This document shows positions 49,586-63,694 of a stretch of 64,000 bases of DNA, piece after piece. The notes beneath the pieces are model-generated. The model made no database searches, was not told where the DNA came from, and saw only the letters and a program-made list of their open reading frames with translations. Numbering within the stretch: position 1 is the first letter of the stretch; each line of letters opens with the position of its first letter. The stretch comes from Tubiluchus corallicola (taxonomy: Eukaryota; Animalia; Priapulida), in assembly GCA_030141605.1 (NCBI GenBank), contig JAQGDQ010000579.1:62001-126000 (forward strand), read 5' to 3'. Both the position numbers and the translations under genes were made by a program.

Positions 49586-49945
49586 GAGAAAATGAAATTT
49601 TTTTAAGAAAAATTATGTAATGTAATAAGTGTTATGTTACTTTTGTAATGTCAAATGTATAAACAGTATAAATGTAATGAGTGAAATATATGTAATGTAA
49701 AGCATGTTTCTGTTAATTGTGTCATGTCAAATGAATGTATAGTGTGAAATATATCACGTAAAATTTAATGTACTTTTGTAAAATTGTTTTGTAAAAATAT
49801 TTTAATATGGTGTTTGTAAATATGTTCATTTATTGTATATAGTTTTGCACTTTAGTTGTCTTGAACAGCGTTGTTATTTTAACATTGCGCTGAGGCTTAC
49901 TCAATTTTATTATAATGAGTGAACCATTTTAATGACAAATAAAGA

Positions 49946-49951
49946 ATATAT

Positions 49952-49997
<46 letters not shown>
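49946..49997. repeat. (TA)n microsatellite
   Basis: Read directly; similar short arrays at 15151-15186 (TA) and 17416-17448 (GA). Confidence 0.95.
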
Positions 49998-49999
<2 letters not shown>

Positions 50000-50869
50000 A
50001 GTTTTGTGTGTAATATATATATTGTGTGTACACGGCAACTTTTGCACGAAGTACCCTGCACGTACCATAGGCAAAACTTCAAACATTTGTTAGAAGACAC
50101 ATTTTTCCAGGTGTGATCCAGTTTTGTCTGACGCAAATTGTTATGCCTAGCGCGTGATAAAAGAGCAGGACAAGCAGAGAGAGAGAAAAATTAATCAATT
50201 TTAATAAAGTCTGTGTGTGGCAATTTGCAAAGTTGAAAAAATAGCAGTTTTATCGTGCGTGCACACGTCTAGTGGGCGCTAGTTCAACTCTGTCATCATG
50301 GCAGTCACACTTTGTGTTCTCCTATAATGATACAAGGTAAACCATGCAGCTTTTCTCTAAACTGATTTCAATTTTGTTACTAAACCGACGGCGCGTGGAT
50401 CCCAAATAGTCTGCCTATACCCAAACTTCGGGCGGCCGAGGCTCATGTATGCTCTCGTTTTTTTAATTTGCACGTAAATTGTTAACATCAAAATTTCGTC
50501 GTATAAAGGTAATTGTAGAGTACCATTTGTTAAGTAATTGCTTTTTGTTTTATTATTCCAATGTTTTTAAATTTAACTGTATTAATGCGATTTAAGGTAA
50601 TATTTGAAGTGGGTGTAACATACTGTAGTATAGAATCCTGCAATGATTGATCCACATTTTCAACAAGTGTGAATCTCAGATACAAGGGTTTGTACCCAGT
50701 GTAGCTTGTTAATGCGACAAACAAATAAAATGTGTCGCTTATTCAAAAGACATTAAATTTTAAGCGAGAAATTGAAACTTGCGTCCGCTACCAACTATCT
50801 CCCACCTGGTGCAACAAACAGGACTATTGAGCATCTATTTCAACATCGTTGTTTTTGCGTTTCTGCTAA

Positions 50870-50877
50870 CACGTGAC
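50870..50877. promoter_or_regulatory. CLEAR/M-box-like E-box (GTCACGTG) upstream of the V-ATPase a gene
   Basis: CACGTGAC lies just upstream of the likely non-coding exon 1 (donor near 51061). V-ATPase genes are established MiT/TFE targets. Confidence 0.35.
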
Positions 50878-51798
50878 TGACTAAAGATTGATTTTGTGTG
50901 TTTTATTGATTTTGTCATTTTTTGACAAACTTTCGTGTTAATTTCGATAAATTTGTAGAAAATACTGTGTGAGGTGGCACAGTTGTATTTTTATTAGTGC
51001 AGAACATCGAATTGCCAGTATATCAGTTGTATAACATCGTTATTTTCAAAATATTTAGGAGTAGGTAGTACCTACCTAACTAGCACTGTTCATGCATTTC
51101 ACTTGTATTTGATAGTAGTCAGTAATGTGTTGATAAAAATGCGTTAGGCCCCCCTTTCAGTGGAAAGAAAGTATCAGAGAACGTGTACATCAGAAGTGCA
51201 GGACGTTCTGTCCCTAATCTGAAAAGTTTTTAAAAAATGTGGAAAAAATTTTAAGGGAAAATTTTTGTTGGAAACTTGCTGCATGTACTGAACAAACATT
51301 GTAAATATCTTGTGCAGCACATGCAACTAAATTATGTCTCTGCTGTGTTTTCATTTATCTAGTGAGAATTAAAAATAACAAATCGTTAAAATACGATTAA
51401 ACTTGCATTTTTCTCACATCTGATATTGCATTTTGTTTATATGGGACATTAATAATCTAATATTGATCTGGTTAGGAAATAAAAATGTTTCCTATACTAA
51501 TTGATATCTGTTATCTTAGTTTTTTATATCCCCTCTGCCTCTCCAGAGTAGTATTATAAAGCTAGCATAATCTCTTCAGTTTGGAATTTAATATTTGCAA
51601 AATTTTGACGTCTAGATGCTAGGGTATTCTTATAGTGCTAGAGAAATGACGGTGGAAAAACTTTGTCATTCACAAATAAATTGTTATCTTTAAGTAATAT
51701 TCTTACATTGTTTCAGCTGTGTGCTTTCAACAAAACCTCATATTTCAACCAATGATTGATGAAGAATTGGCCTACGTGAAAGTTTAACAAAGTTCACC

Positions 51799-54700
51799 AT
51801 GGGTTCCCTGTTTCGTAGTGAGGAAATGACCTTGGCGCAGCTGTTTCTACAGTCTGAAGCGGCATATGCATGTGTTTCCGAGCTGGGCGAATTGGGCGTT
51901 GTCCAATTTAGAGACGTAATTTTTTTTGTTATTCACATTCATTCAGAATTTATTAATTTTAGCATGTTTAATTACTATTTTATTATTATTATATTATTTA
52001 AAATTAATGTCATACATTTAAATTTACATAGCATTGCATAAAAAATTAAAAAACACAAGTATAAACTTACGATAGAAACTGATACGTACGCACCCAGACA
52101 CAAAAACAAATACAGAAGACAAATCACTAAAAAATACAATACACAAAAGCATAAAACCCAATGAAATGGTAAAACATGTCGACCTCATAATGCAAAACAT
52201 AGTTTGTACCTATTCGTCCATATAACTGTATTGTGATATGCAGAGTAAATGTACAATTTATCAGCTATATTATTAGATAGTTCTGACAGTCCATACATAA
52301 AGGATCCTGTTGTATTTCATGTAATAACATCATAGTTAGGAATATTTTAACTTATGCTGCATCTTTTGAAAAGATTGATGAGCCTACGAAATGCGTTATC
52401 GTGAGCCACCTTTAAAATGTAGTTATTTTGGAGAAAGTTGCACCATAGGGCACATGCATAAAATTGGCAAGCATTCGATTTGAACATAATTATTTTTCTA
52501 TTTACACAACATTTAGGGCGCTTAACCAATAAAGTATTTGACCTTACATAAATATTTTTTGACTGTGCTTTCGTAGCCTCATCATTAAATAAATTACTAA
52601 TACTACAGTATATATTAACTCTTGATACTTTTAAGAAACATTTTTGTTACTTTTAAGTAAATTAAGACATCATTTACTGATAAGTGTCTTTTTCTTTTCA
52701 GTTAAATCCTGACGTTAACGCATTTCAGAGAAAATTTGTAAACGAGGTGCGAAGGTGTGAAGAAATGGAGCGAAAACTAAGTAATTATAAATTTGTTTTC
52801 CAGTTGGCTAGTTATTTGGGGGTTGTTTCAAGGCCAGAATTTCGTCATATTTTACCAGAATCTAAGCAGGTTCTCTCTTTGACTTTTTACGAGAATCCGG
52901 AGAATTCAGGTCAAAATTACATAATTCGAGTACGATGAATTATAATTATTGAAACGTTGAAGATTGAATTTAAGCAAAATGCGAAAGATTTTACCGTTAA
53001 CTTGACATATCGGTCGTTTTCAAACTTTAGACTGTCTACCTGCGGTCCGATTGCCTTCGCAACGAGCGTAAATCCTTGCAACTCTGAATGAAAAGCGCAA
53101 TGCGTCATAGACACTTGGGAGCTAACTAAGTAAGCTCTTAAGCGCAATTTGGCAGCGCACATGCTAGCGTAAGGCAAAAAGCAAAAAGTCAGATTAGTGC
53201 AAGTATATCTTTTATTGTTGTAACATTCAGGTAAAACCTGCACAAATCTAACCAAATTCGTGGTAATGAACATCGACGCGAATGAATTCTGGGTTTTGTG
53301 TAGAAATTATGGCCCTGAATTTTAGTAATCTCTTATTTTCCTATCTATTTCATCAATTTTTGTTAAGGATTCTGTTGCATTGTAAATTGGTAAGGCATTT
53401 AAAAATTAATTAGCAGTGTCTTTCTGTGGATAAGAATTGTTAAGCAAGAAACTAGATATCCGTTTCCCTAAAATCTTAACCAACAGAAGCTATAAATGTA
53501 TTAATCATGTTTACAATGTTATAAGCGTGTTAACAGTAAATATTTTCAAAAGTTTTCCTGAGTTTAGTTTCCAGCGGTTTTTAAAGGAAGATTTCCATTT
53601 CCGAGACAATTTAATCAATTCCATTGATGATTATAATTTATCTATGTCAATTTAAGACTGGTTTCGAAAAAGCAGCATGGGAATGTCTGCCTCGGCATTA
53701 TCAGGTCCAGTACTGCGTTATTTATTAAAGGAAATGTCAAGACGTCTTGAAAGTTAGATTTATTTCAGTGTTCGTGAAAGATGTTAGAAGGATTTAGTAA
53801 CAAAAGTGTAATGAGCACCTCGTGTAATTTGTAAAATCGCTTTAAATTTCTAATCGTCTTTCGCTTGGACACTCCCATTTTGAGCGCCCATCCTTCCACC
53901 AATGATGTCATTCGTTGATTGAAGAGAAACAGCGCATTGTCGACTTCCACCAAAAGTATAATAAGTTTCTGCAAAACTTTATACAGCTAATTGAGTGATA
54001 TTTTTGCATGAGTGTTAACATACTGTAGAAGTTTGGTTTACTTTAAGCAGTGCGTGTTTACGGAAAGCCACAATGCATTTACAAAAAGTCACGAAGTCCA
54101 CCGGTTACGTTATAATTTTCAAATGTATGGGGACTACCGCTGCGCCTGAAAATTTCTATACTTCAGTTATATAAATGATCCTTATGCTTTATAGAGAGTT
54201 TTTTTGCAAATTTCTTTGTCTAAACTAAGTATCTAAATGTAATTGATAACAGTAAAATAAACCCAACGTACTACATGACTTGTGATTTTTTAACGGGAAT
54301 AGCAACCATTTTTCTAACTCTTTACAAAATTGCTGCATTAACGCCATAACTAACTGTATGCTGTTCTGTAAAATGTTCAAGTTTGGCGGTTTTGCTGGTT
54401 TAGTGCTAATGTAAATTTATATTGTTGGTTTTATTGTAGTGATACACCATGCTAGTGTTAGAACATTGCTTAAAGTACCAAACTACTTGCAAGCTTGGAA
54501 TAATGTACAATGCTGATTTGATCCTTACAGGATTCATAGAAAAAGAGATTAAAAAAGATGGCATTCCGATGTTGGACACGGGTGATAATCCTGACGCTCC
54601 CGCCCCGAGAGAAATGATTGACCTTGAAGTGAGTATTGATTGACTTTGACCTTGAAATGGTTGAGCTTGAAGTGAGTATTGTCAGTAACGATCAGGTCTG

Positions 54701-56002
54701 ATGACGTGTGACGTCATAAATAAGTGTAGTTTCATTTGGTTGCGTGATATTATCATGAGTTTTTGCTTCAGTGTTGTACTTCAATTTTCATAAGCACTTC
54801 AACACGCTCATTGAATGTTTGTGCTGTTGATAATTATGTTCAGCTGTGATTTCATCACTGGTTGGGCACATTAAAACTAAGGCTTTAGCCTATTATTTAA
54901 TTATGAGAAATGGTTTGGCATTGTTATAGGTGTTAAAATGTATAGTTTTTATCATATTTCAAGAAGGACAAGGATAGGAAAAATGATCCTTTTTACTTTA
55001 AATGTCGGATACCGACTCGCAGTATCAGGAGTTACAGTCAACCTCGGGTGTAAGGTACTCGCTTATAAGGGACCCTCGTTTATAAGGGACCACCAACGCC
55101 GGTCCCAATTTTTCGTAATGTTTTTCCTTACAAAAATCTTCGTATATAAGGTACTCGGTTATAAGGAACTTTCAGTTATAAGAGACGATATCTTCAGGTC
55201 CGAGTAATAGAAACCCAGGTAAATTACCTTGCGTATAAGGGATTCCATGATCAAATATTTTTACATTCTAAAAAGCCTATGCCGAGATCCCGCGCGGGCC
55301 CTCGTATTTGAAATATATATCTTAATTTACAATTCCTCATCAAGTTCTTCAGTTGCTGAATGATATACGGCTCTCAAGTACATCTCAAGTTCTAGAACCG
55401 ACTGACTGAATCAGCATCGAGCATCAAGACTCGTGACACTCGGTCGGACTCAACTTCAGCTATAAGGGACATCGGATATAAGGGGCGATTTTTTGCACAC
55501 GGTTTTTATATACTTTTGCATAGGAGCTGCCAGTACTTAGGTGTTTTTGAGAAATTAGGTTTTTATATACTTTTGCATAGGAGCTGCCAGTACTTAGGTG
55601 TTTTTGAGAAATTAGGTATCATGTATCCTTGACAGTTGGATATTTTAAATTATGCATGAAACAATTTAACTGATATTTTAAGCCCACTTAGAGGTTCTCT
55701 ATGGTCACAAAATTGCAATCCTCGACCCCATTGGGGGCCTAGGCGGCCCTAAAACCCCCGGCTTGTTTCAGAGTTTTTTGCAATTTGTCATTCTCATCCC
55801 TGTATATTAAAATAAAACTCTAAGAAGCTTGTGTGTAATGGATAATTGCAAAGAAATAATCTCGTTACTGCAGGCCACATTTGAAAAGTTGGAGATTGAA
55901 ATGAAGGAAGTTAACACAAACGCAGAAGCGCTGAAACGGAACTATTTGGAGTTGACCGAGTTGAAACATATTCTGCGCAAAACTCAAGTGTTTTTTGACG
56001 AG
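51799..56002 (+). CDS. ATP6V0A1: V-type proton ATPase V0 subunit a (ATP6V0A1-like / Vha100), first four coding exons; gene continues beyond
   Basis: Exons 51799-51915 ([39 protein letters not shown]), 52702-52780 ([26 protein letters not shown]), 54531-54628 ([12 protein letters not shown]...[10 protein letters not shown]), 55874-56002 ([43 protein letters not shown]). Introns are GT-AG with compatible phases. An acceptor at 51716 implies an upstream non-coding exon. Confidence 0.96.
52340..52570 (-). mobile_element. Degraded non-LTR retrotransposon ORF2 3' remnant
   Basis: FYACALW...[22 protein letters not shown] resembles the C-terminus of L2/RTEX-type ORF2. Confidence 0.45.
55035..55495 (+). 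mobile_element. Tigger/pogo-like DNA transposon fragment
   Basis: TA/CAGTCAACCTCGG start and repeated TATAAGG subterminal motifs. Confidence 0.55.
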
Positions 56003-57604
56003 GTTTGTATAATTAGCACTTTTTTCATAATGTTTGCAAAAAGGATCTGTAACATAGATAAAATATGGAATAGTAAATCATATATTGAGTTGCATTTGAC
56101 TCTCAGGATTGAGAGCGTTTACTGCATTTTGCAAGGGTTCATGAAAAACTGCTCTCACTAAGCAGCGACTACGTTATATTTTATCATTTTTGTAGGTTTC
56201 TACTCCTCACAGAGAAATGCATTTGCTCACTCATAATTAACAAATTAAAAATCGGCGAAAAAATTGAAAAAAGTTTTCAGTAACTGCAGTGTTTGCACTG
56301 TAAGAATGTACAGCATCACTTGTGTGAAATTGGCTAATGCAGAAAATTTCGACTATCCAGACACAACTCTCTGATACACCTTGGCCTACTCTTACCAAGA
56401 TATTCTAGTATTAAAAGGTGAAACGACCATTAGCTAAAATTCATAGGTCTTATAAGACCTGTTTTGAATTCTCCTGAAGGAGTTAAGCGTAATTTTCATA
56501 CGAAATTGCATTCGGAGCTTTTACAGTGTTTCAATCTTTCATGTGTGCGCCATAAGGCACACCGATGTAATTAAAATAATCAACTCTCATCTTTAACGAT
56601 GGGGTGGTGGTATTAGTGAGACCTAGAGCCCGAGTATTGCTGATACTTACATTAACGTCTTATGAACATGTCTGTTAAGGAAAGATGGTTTTACACTTCC
56701 TACCTGTTCAGGTAAAAAAACACCCCTATTTATTTTGCTTAACATTATAAGCTGAGTAAAATTCTTATTTTTTGTGAAAGGGTTACTTTTTACTTACCAC
56801 TTATGAAGTTTTAATTATGTGTAGGTTTATTTGTTATGAGTTTTATAATGGAATTTTCAGTTTCTTATGTTCAAGTTTGCTGGGCTTAATTACCATAGTA
56901 TGTAAGGAAAGTGAATTTGACATTAAAAGTTTTTATTTTTAATTCAGTAGGAAAATTAGTAAGACTCTCGGGTAAAATAATGTTATGATCAAGCAAAGGA
57001 AAAATAATATACTCGTCATCACTGCTTACAAATACAGATGTTTAATACTAGGAGAGAATATCGGTGTCCACCCACCTTTAGCTCCCCCATTTCAGCAAAT
57101 GAATAGATGAAAGAAATGGTTTTTATTGTTGTATCACAAGTTATTAGTTATACTGTGAAAGTGCTTTTGTAATTTGTGGTGTAAAGGTATAATTTGACTA
57201 ATTTCCATATAAGGTAAATTCAGGTGTCTAACATGAAAGGGTTTCTGCTTTGGGAACGTTTAAATTTGGTGTACGTGCTATTTGAGACTCTGCATAGCAA
57301 AAGCGTCCAAAGTGCGCTAGTTTAATTATAGAACCAGAGGTCAAAAAACTGAGAAAACTCAATTCTTCAAAATTAGGTGCACAGTTACGCTTGCGTACAA
57401 GTTCCAGAAAGAGACTTGTACTTTGTAGCACTCTCACAAACCACATGGTAACCAACATCTTTCTCGGTTGCTATGCAAATTGTAACACGAACTTTGAAAG
57501 CCATTTTTTGCCTTCCGCTCAACTGTGAATGTCAATATCGTAGTGGCTCAGAAACAATGCAGAGAACTGAAACAGATACGAAAACGTTCTGCATGAATAG
57601 GAGA

Positions 57605-58440
57605 ATAATAATATACACATACCTAGCACTCTAGGCACATATAATAATATATCATACCTAGTACTCTAGGTAGATATAATAATATACCATACCTAGCACT
57701 CTAGGTAGATATAATAATATACACATACCTAGTACTCTAGGTAGATATAATAATATACCATACCTAGTACTCTAGGTAGATATAATAATATACCATACCT
57801 AGTACTCTAGGTAGATATAATAATATACCATACCTAGTACTCTAGGTAGATATAATAATATACACATACCTAGTACTCTAGGCAGATATAATAATATACC
57901 ATACCTAGCACTCTAGGTAGATATAATAATATACCATACCTAGCACTCTAGGTAGATATAATAATATACCATACCTAGTACTCCAGGTAGATATAATAAT
58001 ATACACATACCTAGTACTCTAGGTAGATATAATAATATACCATACCTAGTACTCTAGGTAGATATAATAATGTACCATACCTAGCACTCTAGGTAGATAT
58101 AATAATATACCATACCTAGCACTCTAGGTAGATATAATAATATACCATACCTAGTACTCTAGGTAGATATAATAATATACCATACCTAGTACTCTAGGTA
58201 GATATAATAATATACACATACCTAGTACTCTAGGCAGATATAATAATATACCATACCTAGCACTCTAGGTAGATATAATAATATACCATACCTAGCACTC
58301 TAGGTAGATATAATAATATACCATACCTAGTACTCTAGGTAGATATAATAATATACACATACCTAGTACTCTAGGTAGATATAATAATATATCATACCTA
58401 GTACTCTAGGTAGATATAATAATGTACCATACCTAGCACT
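57605..58440. repeat. 35-36 bp minisatellite, ~24 copies, each with an internal hairpin
   Basis: Unit CATACCTAG(T/C)ACTCTAGGTAGATATAATAATATAC(A). Confidence 0.97.
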
Positions 58441-59244
58441 GCTTTGCTATGCAAGGTCGCATTTATCGGCAATGCATATATTTAGTGCACTTTATAACTT
58501 GTTAAATGATTAACACTTGGTCTGCCAGCAGCTATATATATAATTACTACTAGTCTCTTCTAATTAATTATGCGCAGTTATGTTAATATGCTAATTTATA
58601 ATACAGTGTAAATTTATGGGTTTTGAATGAACTTGGAATTACATACTTGTGTAAAACAGTCGTCCATGGACATTAATAAAAAAAAATTGTTCATTCTGTT
58701 TACAAACCATTTTTGCAGTCCTCAATAAACTAGCATTGTGTTTTGTGTGGTTGGAGCTTTGTTAAAACTGAACACTACGACAAAAGTAAGAGTTTTGTAC
58801 AGGCAGGTTCAATCAACTTGTGATATATATATTGTATTAATGTATTATTTTACATTAATCGTCGACATATTAATTCATCTATTTTATTGTATAAGTTGTT
58901 TCAGCGGCTTGGCTAAAACAATCATGGTCAACTTTTCCTGCTGCTCCTAATGCATGCTTCTAATATTTCTGTGCAACATTACTCAGGACTGCACAGTTTT
59001 GCAGTGCGGTAGCTGCACTAACTCGATGCGTGACAGTGCATGACGTAGACGATTTGTTTCGATTCTTTTTTTCATTTATTTGACGCATTTGGTTGCCAGA
59101 AATCGTTTGGGAATCCGGGAATTTTGTGGGCAGTCGTCGACTTACGACCACAATCAGTTCTGGTGGATTCAGAATTGGATGCAAGTCGAACCGTATGTTC
59201 GAGTGGTGTGTCCGCTACACGCAGGACATTGCGTGTGTACTCGC

Positions 59245-59879
59245 TAGGCCTGTAACGATACATCGATGCATCATGACAGCTTTTGTAACAATACGTGTAT
59301 CGTCAAAATGCAGCAGTATCGCGATAATATGAATCGTTAATATTTAGCACTAGCTTGACCGCTCGCTGATGAAAAAAGCGTGAAATAACTCAAATTGCAG
59401 TTGTAATGTAACAATCAGTGCAGTGAGTTCAGCATATATAGGCAGCTTAACGCAGGCAGACCTGCTGCTAGCGGCCAAAGCAAAGCAGTTAAAATTGCAA
59501 TGTGTTTATAATAATTTATAGTAGGCTAATTACATTTTTACTTATAAGTTTCTGAAATGGCTTGCAGCAAATGTGGACTAGAAAATGCACCAGCATATTT
59601 TAATCAAAAAGTATTGAAATGTTTTGTATTTCTTGTATCTTACAATGCAAATGATACAAGAGTGTAAACAGAAGTCAAACAGTTTGCTGAATTATTTCAC
59701 CACTTACTAATTTTAAAATTTGATAAATCTAACATGTATAATATACCAACGGCTTGATCTAGTTTTTTTAATAAAGCTTGCAAACGTTAACTCAATGTGC
59801 ATCATGATACGTATCGTATCTTATGGTTAGTATCGCGATATGTATCATCGCTTGACTTAGGTGTATCGTTGCACCCCTA
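59245..59879. mobile_element. hAT (Ac-like) MITE, nested in a Tigger-like element (~59130-60068)
   Basis: TAGGCCTGTAACGATAC...GTATCGTTGCACCCCTA with 8-bp TSD GTACTCGC. The outer element has AGTCGTCGACTTACGAC / GTCGTAAGTAGACGACT inverted ends. Confidence 0.85.
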
Positions 59880-60990
59880 GTACTCGCACTAACTATAGCA
59901 TCACCTACGATGAATTTGTCGCAGCACGTAGCGATTTGAAGTTAATTTATTTAAAAAAATAGAAGGAACTATGAGTAATAGTTAGTTTATATAATTAATT
60001 AAGTTGTGGTCAGGTTGTACAGTCCAACAGTCGTAAGTTGTATACGTCGTAAGTAGACGACTACCTACAAAAGCAAAAAATGAAAAAAGCTTTTGTGGTC
60101 AGTTGTTTTGAAATATTTTATGGGATGTATTAAATGCAAATAATTTTTTGTGCTGATGGCTATAACATACTTTTCAATTGTGTGTTTGCTTAGCAAAATC
60201 GTCCGTAAGTCGGCACTTCACAGTTATTCTAGTTATTCACATATCCTGAATCTCCATTTCGTGTGGATCATTTTGATACAAAGCTCATTGCTCTATGTTA
60301 TTTCCAAACTGAGATAATCCACGTTGAAGTTGAGGTGCAGGAACTGAAAAACTTAATCTTGAGAAAATTGCTGTTAAAGTCAGCCATTGTTTTTGTTGCA
60401 TTTCTACTAAACACTTAGCAACCATAAGAAACTGTGGTTGTTATGGACTTTGCAAGAACACATTGATGTTATGTTTAAATCCAGTAGATGGCTCTTACTG
60501 ATGAAGATCTGGGCTTGGCAACAGGAAAAACCTGTAGCAAAATGACTACTTCAACGAGCTACTATCGGAGTTTGAAAATACGAGTTTTTTTATAATTGTA
60601 TTATTAGTTTCTAGCCAGAAAAGTATGTACGGGGTTGTAGAATTAGACTTTTATTATCATTTTCTTGAATATAAAAGTCTAATATGTTTGGCATTTGCTT
60701 TTATAAAGATAAAAAACTGATATTCACCAAATTTTTTGTGCATTCTACTTTGAAGTATAATGTAGTTTGAGTATGCCGACTTATGGGTAGTTTTGGTTTG
60801 TAGGCACACGATTAATGGTTAATTAGCTAGACCTGTGCTGTGGCTTACATACATGTTTTCTGAAGGTCTTTACTAATAAGTGCTTTCTCGTGCAGAGCAA
60901 GAAAAGCAAAATGATATTCACTTGAGGTGAATACTGCTGTTGTCCGATTTTGCGTTTTGTTTTTTGCTGCTTTCTGTGTGGAAAACATTA

Positions 60991-61509
60991 CACTCATATC
61001 TCAGTTTGCCGGACAAAAGCGGGGAGACGTTAGTCCGAATTTGCCAGTTGTCCGTATTTACCGATACTAAGCTAATACAGTAGGCACCATGTATTAAATT
61101 CACAATAACATTAATCACCTGATTGTCTCAAAAACGTCTAGTACGGACCGCTCCTATGCAAAAGTATATAAAAACTGTCGGCAATTGACTCAAATAACTC
61201 CGCATAGTTGACTACATTTTTTCTCCATATGCTTAAATAAGATACTTCTGTGTGACCAATGAGCTTTTACTATTTTTATGTCGTCTTACATCGCTTTTGT
61301 GCACTATAATATATGTGGAAACAGTCACGTTAAGTACAGTTTGTTTGTAAGCAAGGTGCAAACAAAGTGACAGCCTGCCAGCCAACTAGTGGTCAGCTCA
61401 CGAAACGATGGACTGTATCCGTAATATACGTGACTTTTTAACGGTCCAGATTTTGTCCAATTCTTCCGATACTCGTAAAAGCGAGGTCCGGCAAATCGAG
61501 ATATGAGTG
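60991..61509. mobile_element. TA-targeting TIR MITE; family also present at ~5577-6460, ~15198-15923 and as a fragment at 55500-55617
   Basis: TA/CACTCATATCTCAGTTTGCCGGAC...GTCCGGCAAATCGAGATATGAGTG/TA; internal sequence is shared with the other copies. Confidence 0.85.
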
Positions 61510-62149
61510 TATTGTCTAAGGAAACTAACCACAATGTTTTTTGTAAGCAATTTTAACTGCTAATGAGTTAAATATTACATATCTTTCTAAATACTGTATA
61601 ACTGTATGTTGTAGATAACTCGTTAATCTTAGCATCCTGTTAGGCTGTTACACTGAGCCCAGTTAGTCAGTGGGTTTAGTACTCACCCTATGTATTTTCA
61701 TTTGCCATAAGGCTTTTAGTAGCAGTCACTCATCCATTTACTCTGCAGGTCTATTGTTGCCCAACTGCGGTTAGTAAGCATACACTGTAACTATGCGGCT
61801 AAATTCGTCTAACTTTTTGCCCTTGGTCTGGCATACAAAATAAACAATAGTGTTTGAACAATGTTACTACAGTGATTGTGAGAACAATGACAAAAACATA
61901 AACAGTAACACTAATGTTACATTGAAATTATATTATACCAGCCTCGTGCCTTATACATGCATAACATTTGCTGTTAACTAAAGTTCAGCCAGAAAGGCTA
62001 AAGCAAATACCACGTTACAAATTCTTCGCAAATGAATACTTCTGTATCTTGATCTGCTTTTGGCGTAGTGTAATGCAAATATGTACAAATAATGCTGTGT
62101 CATTTTCATGTCAAAAAATTACGTGTAAATTCTATATGTAATCAGTATG

Positions 62150-63694
62150 TAGAGGCTGAAACTGAGTCAGTTGCTACTACACCAGGCTGATTCACACAGT
62201 AAATCAGCTAGCTCGACTGAAGCTGAGTCAGTTGCTACTACATCAGCTGGCTCACACAGTAAATCAGCTAGTTGGTGGTTGGTGTTGTTTGTGGTTGTTG
62301 TGGTGTTTTGTGTGGTGGTTTTGTTTTTTGTGTGTTGTTGTGGGCTGAGTCAGTTGCTACTACATCAGCAGACTCACACAGTAAATCAACTAGCTCAGCT
62401 GGAACTGAGTCATTTGCTACTTTATTAGCTGACTCACACAGTAAATCAGCTAGCTCTACTAAAGCTGAGTCAGTTGTTACTACATCAGCTGACTCACACA
62501 GTAAGTGCTAGCTCGGCTGAACTGAGTCAGTTGCTACTAATCAGTGACTCACACAGTAAATCAGCTAGCTCGGCTGAAGTGAGTCAGTTGCTACTAACGC
62601 TGATTCACTCAGTAAATCAGCAGCTCGCTGAAGCTGTGTCAGTTGTAGTGCTCAGCTGACTCACTCAGTTGTGGTGGTGGTGTTGTTTGTGTTGTTGTGT
62701 GTGGTGGTGTTGTTTGTGTGTTGTGGTGGTGGTTTTGTGTGGTTTTGTTGGTGGTTGTTTGTGGTTGTTGTGGCTCACACAGTAAATCAACTAGCTCAGC
62801 TGGAACTGAGTCATTTGCTACTTTATTAGCTGACTCACACAGTAAATCAGCTAGCTCTACTAAAGCTGAGTCAGTTGTTACTACATCAGCTGACTCACAC
62901 AGTAACTAGCTCGGCTGAAGCTGAGTCAATTACCACTAGATCAGATGACTCACACATTAAATCAGCTAACTCGGCTGAAGGGGAGTCAGTTGCTACTAAA
63001 TCGGCTGACTCACACAGTAAATCAGCTAGCTCTGCTGAATCTGAGTCAGTTGGTACATCGTCAGCTGACTCACTCAGCTGAGTTGGCTTAAAGAAAAAGT
63101 TGGCTGGGTCAGCTAACGCTACGAATTTTTAACTGAATAAATTAAAAATCGTTAGTTAACTGTTGCATTATGGAGCCAATTTTTCTAAATTATTTTTGTT
63201 GCTTATATACACAGAAAAAATAATTCAAATAAAGCATTAGAGATCAATTCGTTATTATTATAAAAAAAGCAACAGATTTATTGCTACTATAATTTAAATC
63301 CAACTTTTGGCAAGGCTTATCTCGATGACCAACGAATCAAAACCAAAACATCAAAACGATTCCATACGTGTGACTAACGTTGCCTATTTGTGTATTTAAT
63401 TTTGAATTAACCAGCTGTCTAATTCAAAAATTTCTAAAGTTTAGCAGCTCTGCTAGCACATGCAAAATCTAACCGCGAATCTGCAATGCTTTTGCCATTA
63501 TTTCAGCCAGTGATTTGTAATGTCACATGATTATCGCAAGAGGAAAAATTTTCGCAGCAGGCAAACATGTCGGCTAGCTCGACTCTCATCACTCAGCCAC
63601 TGGCGCGACTAAAGCCGGGTTTTTATCGGCTAGGCCAACTCTGTAGAAATAAACCGGCTGGAGCTCAGCTGAAACCGGGCATCTCTGGGCTCCA
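62150..63694 (+). mobile_element. Second copy of the 60-bp-satellite-bearing hAT-like element
   Basis: Same TAGAGGCTGAA start, diverged 60-bp units at 62151-63085, same unique flank, ends CTGGGCTCCA. Confidence 0.8.

Noticed and set aside
60487-60926. Candidate further V-ATPase exons (MALTDEDLGL... at 60488; 31-nt exon at 60896-60926)
   Set aside because: No recognisable subunit-a homology. The first lies between inverted repeats (~60196 and ~60795), suggesting a transposon, and the phases cannot be joined without RNA data.
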